This document shows positions 10,934 through 21,933 of a DNA stretch of 64,000 nucleotides, one piece after another. The stretch's first letter is position 1, and each line of letters begins with the position of its first letter. A program made the translations under genes and the position numbers. This stretch comes from an uncultured Verrucomicrobiae bacterium. Lineage in GTDB: Bacteria > Verrucomicrobiota > Verrucomicrobiia > Chthoniobacterales > JAATET01. Below the pieces are notes generated by a model. The model was not told the DNA's origin and did not search any database. It was given only the letters and a program-made list of their open reading frames with translations. The stretch spans positions 1 through 64,000 of the forward strand of contig CAVRCI010000006.1 of NCBI GenBank assembly GCA_963719495.1, given 5' to 3'.

Positions 10934-12298
10934 TCAAGATTCAGTGACGACCGCGTCTCCGAACAGCGTGGTGTTCGACCGGCCCACGACGTTCACGTCC
11001 ATCACCTGCCCGACGTGCCGCTCCGCCCCTTCGAACACGACGATCTTGTTCGTCCTCGTCCGTCCCATCAGGCGCTCTGCATTGTGCCGACTCTCGCCCT
11101 CGCAGAGAATTTCCATCCGCGACCCCACGCACGCCTCGAGCTTCCGCTCGACGTTCGCGTTGATCAACGCCAGCAAATCCTGGTTTCGACGCTCCTTCAC
11201 GTCCTCCTCGACCTGACCCGCCATCTCCGCCGCCGGCGTATCCTTGCGCTTCGAATACCGAAAAATAAACGCGTTATCGAAGTCCGCCTCCCGCGCCAGA
11301 TCACACGTCGCTGCGAAGTCCTCCTCCGTCTCGCCCGGGAATCCCACGATCACGTCCGTCGTCACCGCGATCCCCGGTCGCACCGCCCGCAATTGCCCGA
11401 CGAGCTCCAGAAACCGCTCCCGCGTGTAGGCCCGGTGCATGGCCTTCAGCAACCGGTTCGAACCCGACTGCACCGGCAAATGCACGTGCTCCATCAGCCG
11501 CGGCAGCCGCCCGAACGCCTCCACCAGATCGGTCCGAAACCCGATCGGATGCGGCGAAGTGAACCGCACCCGCTCCAGCCCCTCCACGCCGTGCACGGCC
11601 TCCAGCAACTGCACGAACGGACTCAACCCGCCGACCTTCGGGAACTCGTGCCTCCCGTAGAGATTCACGATCTGCCCCAGCAGCGTCACCTCGCGCACCC
11701 CGCCCGCGACCAGCCCGCGCACCTCCTCGACGATCTCCCCAATGGGCCGGGACCGCTCCGCCCCGCGCGTCGATGGCACGATGCAAAAGGTGCAGTGCAT
11801 GTTGCACCCCTGCATGATCGACACAAACGCCGTCGCCTGCCGCTCCTTCAGCGTGTGCTCGCGGATCGTGTTCTGCGATTCTTCCTCCTCCTCGACGTCG
11901 ACAATGGGCAGCCGCTCGTTGTCGATCCGCGCCTCGAAATTTCGGCGCAACAACTCGTCGACGTGATCCGCCACGCGGTGAAACTTTTGCGTTCCCACCA
12001 CCAGATCGACGTGCGGCGAGGTCTGGGTCAATTCCTCCCCGCGACTCTGCGCCATGCAGCCAAGGTAACCCAGGACCAGGTGCGGCCGGTCGCGCCGGAG
12101 TTTGCGCAGCATCCCCATCTTGCCGATGGCCTTCTGCTCCGCCATGTCGCGGACGCTGCAGGTATTTAAGAGGATCACGTCCGCGTCCGACTCGTCACCC
12201 GACAGCCGGTAACCCCGACTCTCGAAGGTGCGCGCCACCTGCTCGGAATCGCGCTCGTTCATCTGGCACCCGTAGGTTTTAATGTAGACACTCGGCAT
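10934..12298 (-). CDS. miaB: tRNA-i6A37 methylthiotransferase MiaB
   Basis: 454 aa with N-terminal MTTase motif (YIKTYGCQMNERDSE), radical-SAM cysteine triad (CNMHCTFCIVP) and a C-terminal TRAM region. Confidence 0.9.
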   Translation of the reverse strand: MPSVYIKTYGCQMNERDSEQVARTFESRGYRLSGDESDADVILLNTCSVRDMAEQKAIGKMGMLRKLRRDRPHLVLGYLGCMAQSRGEELTQTSPHVDLVVGTQKFHRVADHVDELLRRNFEARIDNERLPIVDVEEEEESQNTIREHTLKERQATAFVSIMQGCNMHCTFCIVPSTRGAERSRPIGEIVEEVRGLVAGGVREVTLLGQIVNLYGRHEFPKVGGLSPFVQLLEAVHGVEGLERVRFTSPHPIGFRTDLVEAFGRLPRLMEHVHLPVQSGSNRLLKAMHRAYTRERFLELVGQLRAVRPGIAVTTDVIVGFPGETEEDFAATCDLAREADFDNAFIFRYSKRKDTPAAEMAGQVEEDVKERRNQDLLALINANVERKLEACVGSRMEILCEGESRHNAERLMGRTRTNKIVVFEGAERHVGQVMDVNVVGRSNTTLFGDAVVTES

Positions 12299-12389
12299 GG
12301 GAAACCGACGACCCTATCGCGAGAAGGGAACGATTTCCAGTTAGCCTTTGACGTCCACCCCCATCCAGTGGATCGATACGTAAAGATTC

Positions 12390-14254
12390 ATGCCACGCAC
12401 CCGAGATAACCTGAAAGCAACTCCGCAGCGAGCCGCCGGACCATCCTTCCGGAGAAGCTGCGTGCTTGGGCTCGGGGTCGGCGCGGCAACTTTCGCCCTT
12501 TGGAGCGCCAGTTTTTTGCTCGACGATCAGCCGGTTGGCCACCCGGCTTGGATCCTCGCTGCGGTCGGCTCCACGCTGATCGCGCTCGCTTATGGTCACC
12601 TCCGTCTCCGTCTTGCCTGCGCGCGCCGCCAGGACCCCGCCGGACTCGAGCTCTTCCACCGCCTCACGCGCGACCTGCCGGTGATGCTCTATCAGTTTCG
12701 CCAATATCCCACCGGACGGACATCGGTCACCCAGGCCAGCGACGCCATCCGCACCATCTACGAACTCACCCCCGAGGAGGCCCGGAAAAACGGAGTCGCC
12801 ATCATCGATCTCGTCCACCCCGAAGACCGCGACCGCATCTGGAAAAGCCTCGTGAAGACCTACCGCGACCTCACGCCCTGGCACCAGGAATACCGCGTCG
12901 TCCTCCCGCAAGCCGGCACCGTCTGGCGCGCCGCCCACGCCCGCGTCCAGCGCATGCCCGACGGGGGAACCCTCTGGCACGGATTCATCATCGACATCGA
13001 CGATCAGAAAAGAGGCGCCGCCGAGCTCGAGGCCCAGCGATGTCGCGCCGAGACCGCCGACCGGGCCAAGAGCGAATTTCTGGCCATGATGAGCCACGAT
13101 ATCCGCACGCCCATGAGCGCCGTTCTCGGCTTCGCCGATCTCCTGAACGATACCTCACTGACCGAAAACCAACGGGAATTCCTCAGTTCGATCCGCACCT
13201 CCGGCGAGACCCTCCTCCTCCTCATCAACGAAATCCTCGACCTCTCCCGGGTCGAATCCGGCACGCTCGAACTCAACGAATCGTCCTTCTTCCCTCCGCG
13301 AGTGGCTCGGCGACCTCTCCAGCATCCTGACCTTCCGCGCGGACGTCGAAAGGAATCGTCTTTCACACCGAGATCGTCGCCGGGACCCCCGGAAGCATTC
13401 ACGCCGACCGCGCCCGTCTCACCCAGGTCCTCCAAAACCTCGGCGAGAACGCCATCAAGTTCACCGACGAAGGGCGCGTCCACCTCCGCGTCTCTGCGGC
13501 AGACGGCCCCACCGAGGACTCCCTCGTCTGGACATTCACCCTCCAGGACACCGGCATCGGCATTCCCCCCGAGAAGGTCGCCGTGCTCTTCGAGCCGTTC
13601 CGCCAGGCTCGGGACAGCGATGCCAGTCGTCAGAATGGGGTCGGCCTCGGCCTCACGATCGCCCGGCGCATCAGCCAGAAAATGGGCGGCGACATCGCCG
13701 TCAGCAGCCGACTCGGCACCGGAACCTGCATGACCGTGACCATCCAGTCACGCCGTCAGGTCAGTCCGGCCCTCCCCGCGACAGCGGAATCCGTTGACCC
13801 GGACAGCCCGATCGACTCCGATCCCGTTGATTTCAAAGGCCTGAGAGTTCTTTTGGTGGAAGACCATCCCCTCAACCAGCGGCTGGCCGTTCTGACTCTC
13901 GATCATCTCGGCTGCCGCTGCGACACCGTCGGCGACGGCAGCGAGGCGATTCAGGCCTGCCGCGAGAACGCCTACGATCTCGTGCTCATGGATTTCGAAC
14001 TTCCAACCGTCAACGGCCCGGACGCCACTCGCGAAATCCGCGCTCTCCAATCCCAAGGCCGGATTGCCGGCGACGATCGCCACCTACCCATCGTCGCCCT
14101 CACCGCCAATGCCCTGCCCGAGCAGAGGCAGGAATGCCTCGACGCCGGCATGGACGACGTCCTCACCAAGCCCATCCGCCGGCCCAAGTTGATCAGATTA
14201 CTGGAATCCATCCGCGATCGTGCCCCCGCACCCCATCGCTCCAACCTCGCATGA
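12390..14254 (+). CDS. Hybrid sensor histidine kinase (PAS, HisKA, HATPase, C-terminal receiver), two frameshifts near 13290-13580
   Basis: The H box SHDIRTPMSAVLGFADLL is present. HATPase motifs (LGENAIKFTDEGRVHL, DTGIGIPPEKVAVLFEPF, GVGLGLTIA) are spread over three frames. The receiver shows VLLVEDHPLNQ...DLVLMDFELP...KP. Confidence 0.75.
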
Positions 14255-16965
14255 CGCCCATCGATCAACTCTGGGTCCTGGCCAGCGCCACACTGGTCAT
14301 GTCCATGCAGGTCGGCTTCTGCATGCTCGAAGCCGGGCTCGTGCGGTCGAAGAATTCGATCAACGTCGCGATCAAGAACCTGATCGATTTTTGCGTCGCC
14401 GCCCTCCTTTTTTGGGCCTGCGGCTACGGGATCATGTTCGGCCTCTCACCGACCGGTTGGTTCGGCATCAGCGATTTCTTCGCGGACGCGGCGATGGGGC
14501 CCGACAAGATTCTGCAGTTCATTTTTCAAATGATGTTCTGCGCCACCGCGGCGACCATCGTGTCCGGAGCCGTCGCCGAGCGGATGAGCTTCTCGTCCTA
14601 CATCCTCGTGACCCTCGTCGTCTCCGGCATCCTCTACCCCATCGCCGGCGGCTGGGTCTGGAACGACGCCGGCTGGCTCGCCGCGCTGGGTTTCCGCGAT
14701 TTCGCCGGCTCGACCGTCGTGCACAGCCTCGGTGGCTGGGCCGCGCTGGCCGCCGTCATCATCCTCGGCCCGAGGACTGGTCGCTTCGACTCCCGAAGAC
14801 CACTCGTCAGCTCGCACAGCCTGGTGTTTTCGACCATCGGCGTGATCATCCTCTTCGTCGGCTGGCTGGGTTTCAACGGCGGCAGTTCCATGGAACTCGA
14901 CGGCGCCGTTCCCCGGATCGTCCTCAATACCACCCTCGCCGGCTCCGCGGGTTGCCTCGTCGCGCTCGCCGCCGTCTGGTGGAAAAAACGCCTACCCGAA
15001 CTCCCCGCCACCCTCAACGGCTGCGTCGGCGGCCTCGTCGCCATCACGGCAAATTGCTACGCCGTCACCGCTCCCGAAGCCGTGCTGATCGGAGCGATTG
15101 GCGGCCTGCTCAGCTACGCCGCCGTCTTCGCGCTCGAGTCTCTCAAAATTGACGACGTCGTCGGCGCGTCCGCCGCCCACGCCATCCCGGGCGTCTGGGG
15201 CACGCTGGCGCTCGGCCTTTTCGGCGACCTCCTCATTCTCGATACCGGTCTCTCCCGCTCGTCCCAACTGGGAGTGCAGGCACTCGGCTCGGTGGTCTTT
15301 TTCGTCTGGGCTTTCGGAGTTGGCTTCGTCCTGCTGGCCGTCGTCAACCGCCTCAAACCCCTGCGCATCGGGCTCGAATACGAACGCGTCGGCCTGAACG
15401 TCTCCGAGCACGGAGCCAGCACCGAGATCATCGATCTTCTCACCGAAATGGCGCGCCACAGCGACGACGGCGAGTTCAACCAACGCCTCGCGTTCGAACC
15501 GTTCACCGAGGTCGGCCAGATCGCGTCCGGATACAACCGCGTGATCGACAAGGTCGTTTCGGAAATGGAATTCCGCGAAGGCATCGCGCGCCGACTCCAG
15601 CGCGCCCGCGATGACAGTGAATCCGCCAACCAGAAGATCTTCAGCAGCCTCCAATACGCCCGGCGCATTCAGCAGGCGATGCTCCCCAGTCCGCGCGAAC
15701 TCAGCGACGTCCTCGGTGACCACTTCGTCCTCTACCAACCCCGCGACCTCGTCGCCGGCGACTTTTACTGGTGCCAGCGAGTCGGCGGTAAAAGCTTCTG
15801 CGCGGTCGTCGACTGCACCGGCCACGGCGTCCCGGGCGCCTTCATGTCCATGATCGGGGCTCTCATCCTCGAACACATCATCGTCGAGAAGCAAATTCAC
15901 GAACCCGCCGCGATTCTCTCCGAGATGCACCGCCGGGTCCGCCGGGCCCTCGCGCAGGACAGCCCGGAAGGCGCGGCCAACCGCGACGGGATGGAGGTCG
16001 CGCTCATCCGCATCGATCCCGACCAGATCGTCTTCGCCGGTGCCAACCGTCCCCTCTGGTGGGTTCGGGAGGACGGCTCCGAAAACACGTTCGGCGAGAT
16101 CACCGGAGACCGCCAGGGTCTGGGTGGCGGCCCGCTGGAACCCGCCGAGATCGCCTTTCAGCAGCACGTCCTCCCGGTCACTCCCGGCCTCGCGGTCTAC
16201 CTGCAGACCGACGGCATCGTCCAGCAACCCAACCACCTCCGGGCCATCTTCGACCACCAGCGACTGCGCGACGTTCTCCTCTCGATCCAGAACGAAACCT
16301 CCGCTGGCCAATCCCGAAAAATCAGCGATTCTTTCCGGGAGTTTCGGGGCGGCGCCACCCAGCGCGACGACGTCACCGTCCTCGGCCTTCTGTTTTCATC
16401 CCAACCTAACCCAGTGCCTGATCCCGCCCTCCAATCCGACGTTGCCCTACCCGGATTACACCCGGTGCCTGAAGGAACGCTTTTTCACTCCGAAGGCCCC
16501 GTAACGGCCGCGCTGATCGAGGATTGCGGCCGCAGTCTCCGGGAGCGCACCCAGCTCGGCATCGCTGGTCGCATCGCCCTTTTCGGTGTCTTCGTCGAAC
16601 TTGCCCAGAACGTCGCCCGGCACTCCGCCGATCGCGAGGACGGCCTCGGCTGCGGCCAGCTTTCCGTTCAACTCACCGCCGCCGGGTTCACTCTCCGATC
16701 TTCCAATCGCGTCCGCCCAGCCGACCAGGCCCGTCTGCGCGGTCGGATCGACGAGCTACTTGCCCTCGACAGCGACGCGCTCAATCAGCTCTACCTCGAA
16801 CGCCTGCACCGCCCCAAGAATTCGTCCAAGCCGGCTGGACTCGGATTGATCGACCTCGCGCGCAAATCCTCCCTGCCACTCACCGCCGACTTCCTGCCGG
16901 TGCCAGGCGAAGACACCGTCTTTTCCCTCAGCGTCCACCTGAACAGTCAGATGCAACTCGCCTGA
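14251..16965 (+). CDS. Ammonium transporter (Amt) fused to PP2C/SpoIIE phosphatase and GHKL partner-switching kinase (SiaA/SiaB-like) domains
   Basis: An N-terminal ~430-aa Amt/MEP domain (MQVGFCMLEAGLVRSKNSINV..., multiple TM segments) is followed by a SpoIIE-type PP2C (GDFYWCQRVGGKSFCAVVDCTGHGVPGAF, LQTDGIV). The C-terminal ~190 aa carry GHKL-like N/G boxes (ELAQNVARHS, GLGLIDLARKS). Its ATG overlaps the upstream kinase stop (ATGA). Confidence 0.7.
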   Translation: MTPIDQLWVLASATLVMSMQVGFCMLEAGLVRSKNSINVAIKNLIDFCVAALLFWACGYGIMFGLSPTGWFGISDFFADAAMGPDKILQFIFQMMFCATAATIVSGAVAERMSFSSYILVTLVVSGILYPIAGGWVWNDAGWLAALGFRDFAGSTVVHSLGGWAALAAVIILGPRTGRFDSRRPLVSSHSLVFSTIGVIILFVGWLGFNGGSSMELDGAVPRIVLNTTLAGSAGCLVALAAVWWKKRLPELPATLNGCVGGLVAITANCYAVTAPEAVLIGAIGGLLSYAAVFALESLKIDDVVGASAAHAIPGVWGTLALGLFGDLLILDTGLSRSSQLGVQALGSVVFFVWAFGVGFVLLAVVNRLKPLRIGLEYERVGLNVSEHGASTEIIDLLTEMARHSDDGEFNQRLAFEPFTEVGQIASGYNRVIDKVVSEMEFREGIARRLQRARDDSESANQKIFSSLQYARRIQQAMLPSPRELSDVLGDHFVLYQPRDLVAGDFYWCQRVGGKSFCAVVDCTGHGVPGAFMSMIGALILEHIIVEKQIHEPAAILSEMHRRVRRALAQDSPEGAANRDGMEVALIRIDPDQIVFAGANRPLWWVREDGSENTFGEITGDRQGLGGGPLEPAEIAFQQHVLPVTPGLAVYLQTDGIVQQPNHLRAIFDHQRLRDVLLSIQNETSAGQSRKISDSFREFRGGATQRDDVTVLGLLFSSQPNPVPDPALQSDVALPGLHPVPEGTLFHSEGPVTAALIEDCGRSLRERTQLGIAGRIALFGVFVELAQNVARHSADREDGLGCGQLSVQLTAAGFTLRSSNRVRPADQARLRGRIDELLALDSDALNQLYLERLHRPKNSSKPAGLGLIDLARKSSLPLTADFLPVPGEDTVFSLSVHLNSQMQLA

Positions 16966-16976
16966 GCACCTCGCCG

Positions 16977-17354
16977 ATGGACTTCCCGATCCCCGAGACC
17001 GAGACCACGCCGCGCGTCACCTGGGACGCCGCCACCGCGACACTTCGTCTCGCGGGAGAGTCCTACCCCGAAAACGTCCTCGAGCTATTCGCCCCCCTCG
17101 CCGAATGGCTCGACACCCAGCTCGGCCCCACCTCGACGCTCCACCTCCAACTCGAGCTTTTTTATCTGAACACCTCTTCAATGAAAGCGCTCGTCGACAT
17201 CATCCGCCTCCTCGAGGTCAAGCACGCGCAAGGCACCACCGTCGAAGTCGAGTGGCGCTACCTTCGAGACGTCGATCTCATGCGACAGACCGGCGAGGAC
17301 CTTCTCGCCGGCAGCCACCTCCCGCGCCGCTTCACCCCGGTCGCCGCCATCTAA
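16977..17354 (+). CDS. DUF1987-family protein (SiaC-like partner-switch substrate)
   Basis: 126-aa ORF directly downstream of the Amt-PP2C-kinase fusion. Sequence pattern (TLRLAGESYPENVLELFAPLAEWLD...LQLELFYLNTSSMKAL) resembles DUF1987/SiaC proteins. This is a from-memory family call. Confidence 0.55.
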   Translation: MDFPIPETETTPRVTWDAATATLRLAGESYPENVLELFAPLAEWLDTQLGPTSTLHLQLELFYLNTSSMKALVDIIRLLEVKHAQGTTVEVEWRYLRDVDLMRQTGEDLLAGSHLPRRFTPVAAI

Positions 17355-17369
17355 AGCGGTCTCGACCCC

Positions 17370-18956
17370 CTACTCCCACTCGATCGTGGCCGGGGGTTTG
17401 CTCGAGATGTCGTAGCAGACCCGGTTCACGCCGTTGACCTCGTTGATCACTCGGGCGGAAATTTTTCCCAGCAATTCGTAGGGCAGCCGGACCCAGTTCG
17501 CGGTCATCCCGTCCTGACTGTCCACCACGCGCAGCGCGATGGTGTAGTCGTAGGTGCGCTCATCACCCATCACCCCAACGCTACGGACGGGCAGGAGCAC
17601 CGCGAAGGATTGCCAGACCTTACCGTACCAGCCGGAGGACTTCATTTCCTCCAGCACGATGGTGTCGGCTTCCCGGACGATCCGCAGTCGCTCGGGCGTG
17701 ATCTCACCAAGAATCCGAACGGCCAATCCGGGTCCGGGGAACGGCTGCCGACCGACCAACGACTCCGGCAAACCGAGCTCCCGACCGACCTGGCGGACCT
17801 CGTCCTTGAAGAGCTGACGGAGCGGCTCGACGAGCTGAAATTTCATCCGCTCGGGAAGCCCGCCGACGTTGTGGTGGGATTTGATGAGCGCCGCCGGATT
17901 TCCGCCGATGGCAACGCTCTCGATCACGTCCGGATAGAGCGTGCCTTGACCGAGAAACTTATACCCGTGCGAGCCCTTCACCGATTTCTTCAAATCGCGG
18001 GCCGCCTGTTCGAAGACTTTGATGAATTCGTTACCAATGATCTTCCGCTTCCGCTCGGGGTCGGTGACGCCCTTGAGCTTCTTGAGGAATCGCTCGGAGG
18101 CATCGACGACCTTCAGCTTGATCTTGAAATGTCCGGCGAAGAGCTTTTCCACCGCTTCGGTTTCACGAGCGCGGACGAGGCCGTTGTTCACGAAAATGCA
18201 GGTCAACTGGTCGCCAATCGCCTGGTGGAGCAGGGCGGCGGCGACGGACGAATCCACTCCGCCGCTCAGGCCGAGGATCACGCGGTCCTCGCCGACCTGG
18301 GCACGAATTTGATCGCACGTCGTCTCGATGAACGACCCCATCGTCCAGTCCGACGGGCAACCGCAGACGCGGTGGACGAAGTTGGCCACGATCTCCTTGC
18401 CGCGCGGCGTGTGAACAACTTCGGGGTGAAATTGCAGCCCGTAGATCTTGCGCTTGGCGTCACCGATCACGGCGTGGGGAGAATTTTCCGTCCGGCCAAT
18501 CGCCCGGAAGCCGGGCGGCAACGTCGAGAGTCGGTCGCCGTGACTGTTCCAGACCTCGAGTTCGCGAGGAAGTTCGGTGAAGAGGGCCGATTTGGTCAGG
18601 ACCCGGAGCTGGCCGGGGCCGTATTCGCGGTGGCTTGATCGCTCGACCTTGCCACCCAGATTGTGCGCGATGAGCTGCATCCCGTAGCAGATGCCGAGAA
18701 CGGGGAGGCCAAGGTCGAAGATCTTCGGATCAACCTTCGGCGCGCCCTTCGCGTAGACACTGGCAGGACCGCCCGAGAGGATGATCCCGCGAACACCGAG
18801 TTTTGCGATGGCGCTGGCTTTGGTGTTGTGCGGAACGATCTCGGAGAACACCTGACATTCCCGCACGCGACGGGCGATGACCTGAGTGTATTGCGATCCG
18901 AAATCGAGGATGACGATCCCGCTGGGGCGGCTCGCCGGAGCGGTGGCGTCGGGCAT
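17370..18956 (-). CDS. guaA: GMP synthase (glutamine-hydrolysing)
   Basis: Class I GATase N-terminus ([26 protein letters not shown]), ATP-PPase domain (SGGVDSSV) and GMP synthase C-terminal dimerisation domain. The start was chosen at MPDATAP. Confidence 0.9.
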   Translation of the reverse strand: MPDATAPASRPSGIVILDFGSQYTQVIARRVRECQVFSEIVPHNTKASAIAKLGVRGIILSGGPASVYAKGAPKVDPKIFDLGLPVLGICYGMQLIAHNLGGKVERSSHREYGPGQLRVLTKSALFTELPRELEVWNSHGDRLSTLPPGFRAIGRTENSPHAVIGDAKRKIYGLQFHPEVVHTPRGKEIVANFVHRVCGCPSDWTMGSFIETTCDQIRAQVGEDRVILGLSGGVDSSVAAALLHQAIGDQLTCIFVNNGLVRARETEAVEKLFAGHFKIKLKVVDASERFLKKLKGVTDPERKRKIIGNEFIKVFEQAARDLKKSVKGSHGYKFLGQGTLYPDVIESVAIGGNPAALIKSHHNVGGLPERMKFQLVEPLRQLFKDEVRQVGRELGLPESLVGRQPFPGPGLAVRILGEITPERLRIVREADTIVLEEMKSSGWYGKVWQSFAVLLPVRSVGVMGDERTYDYTIALRVVDSQDGMTANWVRLPYELLGKISARVINEVNGVNRVCYDISSKPPATIEWE

Positions 18957-19176
18957 TTTGGAAAGCGGAAAATTAGCGATACTCAGGACCGAGTGAGTCG
19001 TTGGTCGGGTCGTTCGGGACGATGCGCCCGCGGCCCTGAATGCCCTCCTGGAATTGATCGCCGACGTCGTCGGCTGACGTTTCGGAGATCGCACAACTCG
19101 TGCACAAAAACGCGGTCGAGATCGCGCAAAGAATGGAGGCAATTTTCACCGCGAAAGAATAGTAAACTCCCTGCCC

Positions 19177-19767
19177 ATGGCAATGTTGATTCCAGCCGAC
19201 ACTCTCCTGCGTGCCTATCGCGGTGGGATCTTCCCGATGGCGGTCGCACCCGGCCAGATCCGCTGGTTCGCGCCGGATCCCCGCGGAATCCTGCCGCTCG
19301 AGAATTTTCACGTCCCCCACGGTGCGCGGAAAACCCTCCGCGACCCGGCTTGGAACGTCCGCGTGGACTCGGACTTTCCCGCCGTGATGCGGGCGTGCAG
19401 CGAACGGGAGGAGACGTGGATCGACGACGCGATTCTCCGCAGCTACGGAGCGCTCTTCGATCTCGGGCACGCCCACTCCGTCGAAATCTGGCGCGAGGGA
19501 TCGCTGGCCGGCGGACTCTACGGGGTGTCGATCGGGGGCGTTTTTTTCGGCGAATCCATGTTCAGCCGCGTCAGCGGCGGGTCGAAAGTCGCTCTGGTTA
19601 CGCTAATCGAAATCCTTCGCACCGGGGGGTATCAACTGCTCGATATCCAATGGCTCACGCCCCATCTCCAAACCTTCGGTGCCGTCGAAATCCCTCGCGC
19701 GGACTACGAACACCGACTCGCAGCGGGACTGGAGACAGAAGGGAAATTCGGTTTGAACAGAAGATAA
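19177..19767 (+). CDS. aat: Leucyl/phenylalanyl-tRNA--protein transferase
   Basis: 196 aa with ILRAYRGGIFPM, FHVPHGARKTLRD, GHAHSVEIWREGSLAGGLYGVSIGGVFFGESMF, typical of Aat. Confidence 0.8.
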   Translation: MAMLIPADTLLRAYRGGIFPMAVAPGQIRWFAPDPRGILPLENFHVPHGARKTLRDPAWNVRVDSDFPAVMRACSEREETWIDDAILRSYGALFDLGHAHSVEIWREGSLAGGLYGVSIGGVFFGESMFSRVSGGSKVALVTLIEILRTGGYQLLDIQWLTPHLQTFGAVEIPRADYEHRLAAGLETEGKFGLNRR

Positions 19768-19855
19768 CGAAGGAAACGAAGAATACATCTTGTTCCAACC
19801 GAATTCGTATTCCTTGCATCCTTCGTTCCCTTTCTTTCGTTCCGTTCCAACCGCA
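19752..19855. repeat. GAACGAAG-rich inverted-repeat intergenic element, copy B
   Basis: gaacagaagataacgaaggaaacgaagaatac ... ccttcgttccctttctttcgttccgttcc. It is related to the element at 10806-10925 and lies downstream of aat. Confidence 0.5.
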
Positions 19856-19896
19856 TTTCCCTTTACCCGGCGCGCCCGCAATCGCAACCTCCCCGA

Positions 19897-20238
19897 ATGA
19901 ATGCCTCAGTGGACTTCGACCAACTCGACATGATTGCGGACGGCTACACGGAGGATTTCGTGGAGATTTACCACGATTTCGAACAGGACCTCCCGCGCAT
20001 CCTCGGCGAAGTCCAGACGGGCATCGACGCCGGCCAGGCCGAGGCCACCTCGCGAGCCGCCCACCAAGCCAAAGGCAGCGCGGCAAATTTTGGGTTCATC
20101 GGATTCACGACGCTCATGGCGGAACTCGAGAACAACGCGCGCAACGGATCTCTCGCCGGCGCGGGCGACCTACTCGACCGGGCCCGGGTGAACTTCTCGC
20201 AGGCCATCGCGCTGGTCAAAGCGGAACGCGGGATCTAA
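19897..20238 (+). CDS. Hpt (histidine phosphotransfer) domain protein
   Basis: 113 aa containing the phospho-histidine motif HQAKGSAANFGF. Confidence 0.55.
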   Translation: MNASVDFDQLDMIADGYTEDFVEIYHDFEQDLPRILGEVQTGIDAGQAEATSRAAHQAKGSAANFGFIGFTTLMAELENNARNGSLAGAGDLLDRARVNFSQAIALVKAERGI

Positions 20239-20252
20239 TCCAGTCGCGCGAG

Positions 20253-20961
20253 TTACCACGAATACCCGTCGGACATTCCGTCGCGTCCGAGAAATTCGCC
20301 GGACTGTTCCGCACGGAGATGCGTGATCGTCTCGAAGAGAGCCGCCGCCGATTCTTCCGTGGTGATCTCCGCGTTCTCTCCTCCCATGTCGGTCTTCACC
20401 CAGCCGGGGCTGATCGGAGTCACGATGATTTGCTCCGGCCTCAATTCGGCGGCCATCCCTCGAGTCAGCATGTTCAACGCTGCCTTGGACACCGCGTAGG
20501 GGTAATAGGAAGAATCCTCCTTCTCGCTGATCGATCCCGCGCCGGACGAAATGTTCACGATCCGAGCAAAGTCGGATCGGCGGAGATTCGGTAAAAACGT
20601 CCGACTCACCCGGGCAACGCCAGCGACATTCGTCTCGATCGATTCGGCGAACCAATTCAGGTCGAGGGTCTCCAACGTCTCGTCGCCCTCGCCACAAAAG
20701 ATCGCCGCGTTGTTCACGAGGACGTCGAGCCGGCCGGTCGCCCAAAACCTCCGCCGCCCGCGCGAGGGTGCCACCATCGAGCACGTCGATCTCGATCGGA
20801 ACGAAGTTCGAAAATTGCCCTGCGGCCACGGTCATCGCCGGATCATCCGGCCGCCGAGCTCCGGCGTAAACGCGCCACTCCGCGCGCGCAAACGTCAGCG
20901 CGAGCGCATGGCCAATGCCGCGATTCGCGCCGGTGACAAGAACGGTTCGCGTGCCGCTCAT
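20253..20961 (-). CDS. Short-chain dehydrogenase/reductase (SDR), frameshifted near 20760
   Basis: N-terminus TVLVTGANRGIGHALA (Rossmann TGxxxGxG) lies in ORF 20170-20961. The catalytic YxxxK region (YPYAVSKAAL) and LVNNAAI lie in ORF 20253-20777. Confidence 0.7.
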
Positions 20962-21827
20962 TTTCCGCTATCCCCGTCCACCACCTTCGCGCCCTCCGGC
21001 ATCGCAAAGTCGGTCTCGCCCCACGGCTCGAATTTGATCTCGGTCACCACCGCCGAACGCATCGGCTCTCCGACGGTTTCGCCATCCATCCCGTAGGTCA
21101 CGTGCGACGTCGGCAACCAAACGCCGTTAAATTCTTCGAGACCCTCGTGCGTCAACAATTTCTCGGGCCCCGGACCGTTGGGCGCGACCAACTCGCTGGT
21201 CACGATGTAACGCACACCCCTCAGTCGTTTCGTCTCCGGATCGATTAACGCGATGTAGTAATCGTCGGGCGAGTCGCCCGTGCCCGATTCGTAGGTCACC
21301 TTCACCTGGCGGTAGGACTTCCCGTCGAAATCGATGTCGTCCAACGTCTCGAATTTTGTCCCGGGATCGGCCAGAACGAAGGGAAGCCCGACGAAATAGT
21401 AGGGAGTCAGCGCCCAGAATCGCGGCGACGGGCTGAACTCCGCATCACCCGGTTTGATCCACGCCTCCTGACCGTCCCAGCCGAAGCTGACACCGGGTTG
21501 ATCGGGGATCGTGTGCACTGCGCGCGATGACCAGGTATCGACCGTCTGCACGGTATCGCGTCCGACGTTGGGACCCTTGTCGGTCATTTGATAGTCCCAT
21601 CGAAAATGGAGCGGACCATTCTGAAACCAACGCTCGAGCCCGCCGTGCGCGTCAATCGAATCCAGAATCAACTGCCCGCCATCCGACTCCGAAAGCCGCG
21701 CGGTGGAGTCTTCGACGCGCGCTTGGATCGCCGCGTCGGACGGACCGGATTCAGCCGCCGGAGCGACAGGGGCGATGGCGAGGGAGAGCAACGGGACGAT
21801 GAGCGAGAGCGTGGTGCGGATAGTCAT
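20958..21827 (-). CDS. Hypothetical secreted protein
   Basis: ~290-aa coding region starting at MTIRTTLSLIVPLLSLAIAPVAPAAE (signal peptide). Its stop overlaps the SDR start. The upstream part of the long ORF is judged non-coding. Confidence 0.4.
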   Translation of the reverse strand: MTIRTTLSLIVPLLSLAIAPVAPAAESGPSDAAIQARVEDSTARLSESDGGQLILDSIDAHGGLERWFQNGPLHFRWDYQMTDKGPNVGRDTVQTVDTWSSRAVHTIPDQPGVSFGWDGQEAWIKPGDAEFSPSPRFWALTPYYFVGLPFVLADPGTKFETLDDIDFDGKSYRQVKVTYESGTGDSPDDYYIALIDPETKRLRGVRYIVTSELVAPNGPGPEKLLTHEGLEEFNGVWLPTSHVTYGMDGETVGEPMRSAVVTEIKFEPWGETDFAMPEGAKVVDGDSGK

Positions 21828-21933
21828 TGGGATGAATCTGGTGAGAATAGATCGGCGGGGTCGGCAACGCCAAACCCGCAATTTTTCGATGTCGGCTTGC
21901 ATTCGAGACGGAGCCCGCCAGCCTATTCCCACG

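Noticed and set aside
12500-13330. 276-aa Arg/Pro-rich ORF in an alternate frame of the hybrid kinase gene
   Set aside because: Its composition is a typical out-of-frame high-GC artefact, and the kinase homology is in the other frames.
19897-20238. Hpt protein as part of a defence or novel system
   Set aside because: Stand-alone Hpt proteins are common phosphorelay components. There is nothing unusual in its context beyond proximity to the repeat element.
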